Below, in pieces: positions 56,564 through 64,000 of a stretch of 64,000 bases of DNA. The position numbers and the translations under genes were made by a program. Each line of letters starts with the position of its first letter. Within the stretch, counting starts at the first letter, position 1. Location of the stretch: positions 434,001 to 498,000 of the forward strand of contig NIVC01000618.1 in the NCBI GenBank assembly GCA_002269645.1, written 5' to 3'. The DNA comes from Macrostomum lignano. Lineage: Eukaryota. A model generated the notes under the pieces. The model had not been told where the DNA came from and searched no databases. It saw nothing but the letters and a program-made list of their open reading frames with translations.

Positions 56564-57483
56564 ATAAGCACTCAGATACGCCTGAGATTGACAAGGCTTC
56601 ATCGAAGATTATCTGGCCCTGACAACTGACCTGACTCTGAACTTTTACTCGTTTGCGAATAATCCTTAAGCGTTGACAGTAAAATTAGTGATTACAGTTG
56701 AACCAAATATACAAACGAAACACCAACAATACTCTGTTTAAGCAACCCATGTAACTAAAAGCTCCTCCTTCTTAATTATTGTTTTTTATTTCTGAAAGTC
56801 GTGATTCGGTTTGGCCATAGTAGAGGAGTCATTAATTTATCATATTGCTTTTCTTTCCTTTAAAGGTCCAATGTTTTGACTCCTTATTTTGACTTCTTAT
56901 CCCTGAGATAGGAAAATGAAACACAAAGCCAAATGAAGCAGTCGTTTTTATACGAGATCACCTACTTAAGAATAGTAAGATAAGATTTTGAACCGAATCA
57001 TTTTATAGTGTGTGACTGTGCACCGATAAAATTGAATAGAACTTCAAACTTCAACGTGTGTGTTCACCAGTAAGGTTTTGGATTTGTGGTTTAGCTGTCT
57101 AAAAGTAAGGACTCAGAAGCTGGTCCTGACCTATCACGAAATTGAGTCTTAATTTTACTCGTAAACACCCAATTTTACTCGGAGGCTCAATCTTGTACCT
57201 ACTTTGTAGCAATCTACAGGCAGTTTACTGAATTTCACATATAAGTCCGTAAATTTAATGGTCTTTGCTGTTTCCCTCACCGCATTGATAAGTTATTTAA
57301 GCGGAAATTTACAATGAGAAGGACTGTAATCTAACCTATTCATGTCGCAGATATTTTCAAAGATTTTTTGGGATGAATATGCCTTTTTCTAATTTCAATT
57401 TTTTTTTCAGAGAATGTGTCCCCGAAGATACCGCTAGGCATGTGTCTTTGGGTATGGGTCATTGGAAGTATGGTTGATGAAAA

Positions 57484-57845
57484 GGGGGGCTGTAGCCCAG
57501 CGGTAGCGCAGCTGCTCTGGTGTGCCAGCGACCCAGGCTCGATTCCAAGTGCAGTCACATTAATTTGGGGCTGAATTGGAATCTCGGCTTGGCTCTGCTC
57601 GTGCAATTAACGGCCTTGAGAGCCAACCCCCCAAGGCGCAGTGAAGTGTACATGCCTAACGATAATATAAAGTTAGGGCCGCTGTTCACTCCTGTGTGAG
57701 TGTGTGCCTGCGTACGTATCCGCGCGCTTGTGTGCCTGCTCAGGGGAGTCGGCGGAATGGGCAGCAATGCCTCTCGCCGGTTGTGTGCCTATGTCGCTTA
57801 AAGTGCGCCAGGGTGCACACAACCCCCCTGCCTCTAATAAAAAAA
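57484..57845 (+). mobile_element. tRNA-derived SINE family 2, copy B
   Basis: GGGGGGCTGTAGCCCAGCGGTAGCGC...GGCTCGATTCC head, poly-A tail, 14-bp TSD ATGGTTGATGAAAA (57470 and 57846). Confidence 0.88.
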
Positions 57846-59485
57846 ATGGTTGATGAAAATGTCCATGAGAATGTGTATAATATGAGTTTTATTTGTCTCC
57901 CTACTAATATCTTACTCGTATTCGCTCGATCGCTCGATTCGCTCGAAACCTGTCTTTAGCTGAAGTTGGTTTTTGTCGTTATCCTGAAAAGTTTTTCAAT
58001 TTTAAATCTGTTATGCGACCAAAGCAGTCGTCCATATACGAGCTATTATTTAATGATATGCAACTAGTTACTGAAAAGTCAAGCAATTAAATTAGTACAA
58101 TAATTAAACTCTACCCTCAGTCGTTAAAATTCGCTTAGGGAACACACTGTAGGACTGCCGGTATTTGCTAGCTCATTTGGTGCGTGAACCTCGTCTGGGG
58201 GCACATCGCGTCACTTGAATTTTACTTGACGCGATTTCCCAGTATTGTACTTGAACAAGTGGGAGAAAATTCCATACTCGAATCCCCCATCGTCACAGAA
58301 TGGAGCTGCCAAAGCACACAGAGGCCTGAAATAATTGCACGCGATAACTACTTGAAATATCTTCACTCGGGTATCTGCATTAGGCTTTGAAAAGGACATC
58401 GCTGTCTATTGGATACCGAACTTTTGAGAACTTCTTGCCAGTCTTAGTCAATAGCCTTCCAGTGCACCAATGTTATTTGGTTGAACTTGTACTGACACAG
58501 CATTAGAGCAGTACTTGACTTGTTTGATTGTCAAGATGTCATCAAACAAAAAGTACTGCAGACTCGCAGACAGCAAGCCAGTCACTGCTCCGCTCTTCTC
58601 ACGTGAAAGCCTTCAACTCAAACAGCGCCGCTCCTCGGACCGGAAAACGTGCCAATCTGATACGCATAAATTCGCAGCCAGTGTTTTCATCAAAATCGTG
58701 GTGTCTGCAGTCACAGATAGTAAATTTTAGTGTTGAAGATGTCGAAATTATATTTGAACTGCTCGTGAACATGATTGCAACAATATTTTTTCATTAGACA
58801 CTTTTTAGAGAGACAATTAAAAAACTATCCAATAAAATCGCGGCCCATGATCCAGCCGGCGTCCATGTCATCAAGAAGATATCGCGGCAAAATATTTTTG
58901 CTGAAAAACATTAATCACGCGCTCGTAGCTGCTGACCGCTTAAGACAACTTCAGAATCAGAATCGACCAGAGAGCGACCAAAATGAATCAGACAACTGGT
59001 TGGATTATTGCGAGCTAGTCTTCGCGGAAAAGCCAAGCTTGAACCGAGCCCATTCGAGGCCTGATAGAAATACAAATGCTCGCACTCTGTTCCGAGAGGG
59101 TACTGAGGTAGCAGCTCTGCAGATGTACTCACTCGAGATTTATCTGGCTTCTGCGCCATTCAATGTGTCCCTCAATTCTTGTTCTCAAGCCCTGGAATCA
59201 TTGTACTGCACAAGTGCGGAAAAGGCTGAGCGGTAAGTACATGTATGATCTCTACCAAATCAGCTAGAAAAAATTATATGGCACCCTCAGCAGCTTTGGC
59301 ACCTTTTCCTTGAGGGTCATGTTAACGAGGTTTACAGTGGCCGAATCGTGGACTAGGGAACAGATTGCCATTGCACTGCCTCAAGTTCCAGTACTAGCAG
59401 CAATGCATTAAACTGATGGGCACCTAGGCTCTCTCAGACAATGCTACACATCACTTGAGGGAAGGCTGCTTTGGAGGTATTTTAA

Positions 59486-59832
59486 TGTTCTGAAACAATC
59501 ATAAATAGCTATTTGATGAGCCCTCCTGGTTGCTAGAATAACTCGAGATGAAAGACAAACTATATGCTGCGCTATTGAAACGATGAAAAACGAAAAGGGG
59601 CTCTTGAGCGAGATGCTCTGGGTCGATATATTTAATGAGCTGAGTGAAAGCGTACAATACACGTGAGCGTAATGTGGGGTGGGGCGATCAGTGAAGAATG
59701 AAAGTGGTGCGATCAATAATTAGGGACTGTACGTATGAGCAAAATAAATATGTTAGCCTAATTGAACGTACATGTAGCTATTGCAAACGAAAAGTTTAAG
59801 AAATACCACGAGACAGTGGCAGCTCCAGAACA
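59486..59832 (-). repeat. BEL/Pao 3' LTR (347 bp)
   Basis: TGTTCTG...CAGAACA terminal inverted repeat directly after the PPT. Confidence 0.85.
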
Positions 59833-60451
59833 TACCCCCCACCTTGACATGTCTATGGCAAAAACAAAATAATGATGCAAAAATGTAATTTTGAAAATGA
59901 GTGGCAGTGGAAGCAAAACCTATGAGATAAAGATGCAGAAAAGTTATAACGCAGAACTTACGCAATTCGTACTTGTACAAAACTTGACTAAACAAAATTG
60001 TCTTGGTGGGCTCTGTTACAGTAACGAAAAATGTAGAAAAAAAAGAAACGCGCTTGAGTTCGAAAACATAAACTGCAGTTGTAGCATTTCACGAAAAAAG
60101 ATTTTAAGACGATCAACCCATTACCAGAGAGTGATGTGATTACAAGACAAAGGACAACGTGAAATCGCGATGCAACATGGTTAAATTTGGATTACGATAT
60201 AAATAATAATCGATTCAAAAAATTAACAACCTAAATTACGAAGGCAAACACCAAACTCAAAATTTAAACATGACTGAAATAAACGTATTTGACAAACAAA
60301 CAAAATAAAACTAAGTAATCATTCGCATACCGAAAAAAACACTGTCTAGAAAGCGACAAAAATGATAATGACAAAATGACGAAAACGAAAATACGAATCG
60401 ACACAGGGATTAACAGTTACAGTCCATCGATCAGTGAGTCATAGTCAGCCT

Positions 60452-63400
60452 TCAATCAGTAATCAATGGGCACAGTCTGTTGATTGGCCGCGTCAGAACC
60501 TTGTCCGCCAGCTGCACTTTTACTACTCGAACATGGCCGTCTCGACCCGGGTACACCTCCAGGACTCGAGCCAGTGGCCAATGACCCCGAGGGCTGTCCG
60601 GACAGACATACAGCACGACGTCCCCAGGCTTGAGGTCGGGCTGCTCTCGCCGCCATTTGGTTCTCGCACCGAGGCCGGGCAGCCACTCTCGAAGCCATCG
60701 CCGCCAAAACGACTGCACCAGCCGCTGCACGTAGCGCCACCGCTTGGTTGGGTTGAACACCTCGTCAGCCGAGATCTCCGGTGCCAGCTGTCCGCCAACG
60801 TGCCCGTACAGGAAGTGCGCTGGCGTCAGGACCGGATCGTCACCAGGATGGGACGACTGGTAGGTCAAAGGCCGTGAGTTCAGCAGCAACTCTGCTCCGG
60901 TAAATGCTGTTACAAGCTGCTCATCGCTGACTTCTGCCGATCTCAGGATCGCGTTTATCGCTCTCTTTGCTGATTTTATCATTGACTCATGCACGCCGCC
61001 GAAGTGCGGAGCCGCGGGCGGATTAAAGTGCCACTTGATCGGTACGTGAGATGTGCGTGACTGCAATGCGTTCTTGTCCATCGACTTGCACAGCTCCTTT
61101 AGTTCTCTATCCGCACCAACAAAATTAGTTCCATTGTCTGAGAAGATTTCCAGAACTTGACCTCGGCGATTGATCATGCGAAACAACGCGTTTAGGAAGC
61201 TGCTTGCATCAAGGCCGTACGCCATTTCTAAATGAACTGCACGCGTTGCCATACAAGTGAAGAGCGCAAAGTACCGCTTCTGACGCACACGTCCCCGACC
61301 CTGTTTCGTCAGGAATGGACCTCCGAAATCTATTGATACTTTCGTAAATGCTCTCAACGGTTCTAGCCGACTGGGAGGCAGTGGTGCCATCAACTGCGAA
61401 GCTGGCTGTGCCTTTCTTCTCCTGCACTCAGCACACTTGACTTCCCAAGCTCGGATGGCCTCTCGGGCAGCTGGGATCCAAAATCGAGCAGTCACTGCAG
61501 CAAGTACTTGATTGGTGCCCGCGTGATACGCTTTTTCGTGATGGTGCTTGATTATCAATTCTGTCACGTGATGGCACTTTGGCAAGATGATTGGTGATCT
61601 GATACTAACCGGCAATGCTTCGGCCAACTGTAGACGACTCTCTGAGCGAAGAACGTCGCTAGGATCGAGTCTGGGATGCATTCTAGCCAGCTTGCTGCTC
61701 TCAGAAACGCTATTGTTCTTCCTCAAGGCGGAAAGCTCCGTGCTGAATGCATCTTGCTGCACATCCTTGATGATTCTTAACTCCGCGTCTTCTAGCTCCG
61801 ACGCCTGCAGCTCTCCTCGAGTTCGGTACTGTGGTTCGAAGCGACAATTGTTGGAAAATCTGCTAATCCAGGCATTTACCCTCAGGAATTTCATCCAGCT
61901 GGAGAACTTGCTCGGATCAAGCCGCTCTACTTGATGCTTTCTTTGCTCGCTGGTGACCATTGTTGCAGACATGACCGTTTCGGACGGGACTGAATCTTTC
62001 GCCGAACCTTTCGTCTCCAGGTCTGCTGGTCGCTCCAACCTGGTACTTGGCCACTTGTAATCGTCATGATGTAAAAACTCTGGACCGTTTTTCCATTTCT
62101 GATCCTCGGCCAGCTGAGTTATCGTTGCGCCTCTTGACAGCAGATCGGCAGGATTGCACGCCGTTGGCACGTGTCTCCACTGGTTCGGATCAGTTGCCTG
62201 CTGGATTTCTCCGATGCGATTCGCAACGAACGGTTTAAAGAAGCGTCCTCTTCCACGAATCCAAAACAGAACGTTCATGCTGTCCGACCAGAATACCGCA
62301 TCTTTGATGTTCATCTCTAGTGCCTTGGCAATCTTGACCGCTAGATTCAGCCCAATGACCGCTGCCATCAGCTCCAGCCTCGGAATGCTCATAGTTGCTA
62401 TGGGTGCAACTCGAGACTTGGCAGCGATGAGCCGAACGGATATCGAGGCGTCGGTGTACTTGCATCGTAGATAACACACTGCTCCGTAGGCCTTCTCCGA
62501 AGCATCGACAAAGCAGTGAAGCTGAGACTGCGTAGGTACGCAAGAGAACTGCAGACAGCGATAAACTCGAAAGCAGTTCAGCTTCGTCAGGTCAGCACAC
62601 CATGCTTGAATCCTCCTTTGCAGAGCCTCGTCCGGCGCTTCATCCCAATCAAGGCCGCTGCACCAGAGCTCCTGCAGTAGTATCTTTGCCTGCGCGGTGA
62701 AAGGTGCTATCAATCCGAGAGGATCGTACATTGAAGCCAATCTCTTTAGCAGAATCCTCTTTGACTTGACTGGTCTCAGCTCGCTATCAGCAACAAAGGT
62801 GAATTCATCGTCCTCACTTTTCCAGACTACTCCAAGCGTCTTCGAAACTGGCAACGGCTGACCATCCAGGCTCACCTCCGCGACTCTATCCTCTGGTGCT
62901 ACACACGCAAGCAATGCTCTCGAGTTTGAAATCCACTTCCTAGCGTGCATACCAGCTCGCTCCCACAATTGGCTCAGCTCCTGATACAACTGAATAGCCT
63001 CTGAATCAGTCTTCTTCGAATCCAGGCAGTCATCCATGTAAGTTGACTGGAGCACTGTTTCTGCGGCCGATGGAAACTCCTGCTTCAGCTTCTTTGCGTG
63101 CTCCTGAGTCACGAATTGCGCCAGAAATGGTGAGCTCGTTGCTCCAAAAACCACTCGGTTGAACTCGAATGTCTGTGGTACCTTTGTCGGATCCATGTCC
63201 CGCCACAGAAAGCTGTGCGCTGCCCGATCTTCTGGTGCGATCGCGATTTGCAAGTACATTTCAGAAATGTCGCAAGCAACCGCCACTGGATGCCTCCTGA
63301 AGCGCAGGAGCACATCAACCAGATCTTTCTGAAGCTTCGGTCCTGCCAGCATCAGGCTATTCAACGACTCCTCACCGCCAGCTGAAGCATCAAAGACGAT

Positions 63401-64000
63401 GCGCACTTTGGTAGTTGCCTTATCCATTCGAACCACTGGGAAATGAGGAAGGTGATACCTGTTCGCTGGTTGTTGCTCATGCTCCAGTACTCTTCTGATG
63501 TAGCCAACATTTTCGTAGCGACTGATGACGTCCTGATACTGCTTTGCTAGATCCGGATCTTTGCGGAGCCTCTTCTCGGTATTTGCAAGCCGCCTGATAG
63601 CCATTTCAAAGTTGCTATCATTAAACGTGACATCCGGTTTCCACGGAATGCCAACTTGGTATCGCCCATCGAAGAACTTTAGCGATGATCGAGTTCTTTC
63701 CAAAGCGAGCTGCTCTGCATTAGTAAATGAAGATGGTTCGATGCTTCTCACCTCTTCTACTTCCCAAAACTGGCGTAACAGTGGCGCTAGATTCTCAGAC
63801 CCGCCTCGGCTGAAGAACGTGTTTGCAAACAACGCGTGCTCCGAAGCTCCATCAACTCTACCGATACAAGTCCAACCTAAAGGTGTCAGCCGCGCTTGCG
63901 GATCTCCGGGGTCGCCGGTCACTTCCAACTGTGATGCATGCAAGTCTGGGTGATCGACTCCGATCAGCAAGTCAACCTCCGCTGGCGTTTGCATTCTTGG
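60452..64000 (-). CDS. pol: BEL/Pao polyprotein (end of PR, RT, RNase H/Peptidase A17, integrase, DUF5641-like tail), 5'-incomplete
   Basis: LPHFPV..TTKVRIVFDAS, YMDD, FVDASEKAYGAVCYLR, PRLEL, H..H/C..C, DFGGPF, SDNGTNF, FWRRWLREWL. Confidence 0.95.
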   Translation of the reverse strand, partial: PRMQTPAEVDLLIGVDHPDLHASQLEVTGDPGDPQARLTPLGWTCIGRVDGASEHALFANTFFSRGGSENLAPLLRQFWEVEEVRSIEPSSFTNAEQLALERTRSSLKFFDGRYQVGIPWKPDVTFNDSNFEMAIRRLANTEKRLRKDPDLAKQYQDVISRYENVGYIRRVLEHEQQPANRYHLPHFPVVRMDKATTKVRIVFDASAGGEESLNSLMLAGPKLQKDLVDVLLRFRRHPVAVACDISEMYLQIAIAPEDRAAHSFLWRDMDPTKVPQTFEFNRVVFGATSSPFLAQFVTQEHAKKLKQEFPSAAETVLQSTYMDDCLDSKKTDSEAIQLYQELSQLWERAGMHARKWISNSRALLACVAPEDRVAEVSLDGQPLPVSKTLGVVWKSEDDEFTFVADSELRPVKSKRILLKRLASMYDPLGLIAPFTAQAKILLQELWCSGLDWDEAPDEALQRRIQAWCADLTKLNCFRVYRCLQFSCVPTQSQLHCFVDASEKAYGAVCYLRCKYTDASISVRLIAAKSRVAPIATMSIPRLELMAAVIGLNLAVKIAKALEMNIKDAVFWSDSMNVLFWIRGRGRFFKPFVANRIGEIQQATDPNQWRHVPTACNPADLLSRGATITQLAEDQKWKNGPEFLHHDDYKWPSTRLERPADLETKGSAKDSVPSETVMSATMVTSEQRKHQVERLDPSKFSSWMKFLRVNAWISRFSNNCRFEPQYRTRGELQASELEDAELRIIKDVQQDAFSTELSALRKNNSVSESSKLARMHPRLDPSDVLRSESRLQLAEALPVSIRSPIILPKCHHVTELIIKHHHEKAYHAGTNQVLAAVTARFWIPAAREAIRAWEVKCAECRRRKAQPASQLMAPLPPSRLEPLRAFTKVSIDFGGPFLTKQGRGRVRQKRYFALFTCMATRAVHLEMAYGLDASSFLNALFRMINRRGQVLEIFSDNGTNFVGADRELKELCKSMDKNALQSRTSHVPIKWHFNPPAAPHFGGVHESMIKSAKRAINAILRSAEVSDEQLVTAFTGAELLLNSRPLTYQSSHPGDDPVLTPAHFLYGHVGGQLAPEISADEVFNPTKRWRYVQRLVQSFWRRWLREWLPGLGARTKWRREQPDLKPGDVVLYVCPDSPRGHWPLARVLEVYPGRDGHVRVVKVQLADKVLTRPINRLCPLITD

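Larger units (their letters stand above)
59486..64000 (-). mobile_element. BEL/Pao LTR retrotransposon, 3' portion (continues beyond window end)
   Basis: Pol ORF, AT-rich 3' UTR of about 600 nt, PPT GGTGGGGGGTA, 3' LTR. Confidence 0.93.

Noticed and set aside
58775-59236. 153-aa ORF ending near a GTAAGT donor
   Set aside because: No recognisable motif, AT-rich codons and no partner exon found; cannot be supported as coding.

Overview
AT-rich, intron- and satellite-rich animal genomic DNA. It resembles a free-living flatworm such as Macrostomum; that assignment is an inference. (1) A + strand T-type voltage-gated Ca2+ channel (Cav3): I can splice 26 exons in frame from 4771 to the stop at 31280 (about 1850 aa). 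It has an EEDD selectivity filter, a gating brake, the APRASPE motif and a single penta-cysteine 'exon 12b' turret. Its N-terminal exon lies outside the window, and the first visible exon appears to follow a U12-type (AT-AC) acceptor. (2) A convergent - strand AIP3/Bud6-domain gene (SRCIN1/KIAA1217-like) with about 12 exons, 54725 to 34116. (3) A small single-exon + strand secreted precursor (56369-56563) ending in RF-G-stop, a candidate amidated neuropeptide or antimicrobial peptide. (4) Mobile DNA: a 5'-truncated Ty3/Gypsy element with intact pol, bracketed by (GATA)n arrays; the 3' two-thirds of a BEL/Pao element with its 3' LTR; two tRNA-derived SINE families; a hAT-like MITE carrying a 21-bp array; and a long-TIR foldback element. 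(5) About 20 different micro/minisatellites, which account for most of the long repetitive ORFs in the track. All coordinates and phases were derived by eye, with no database searches.
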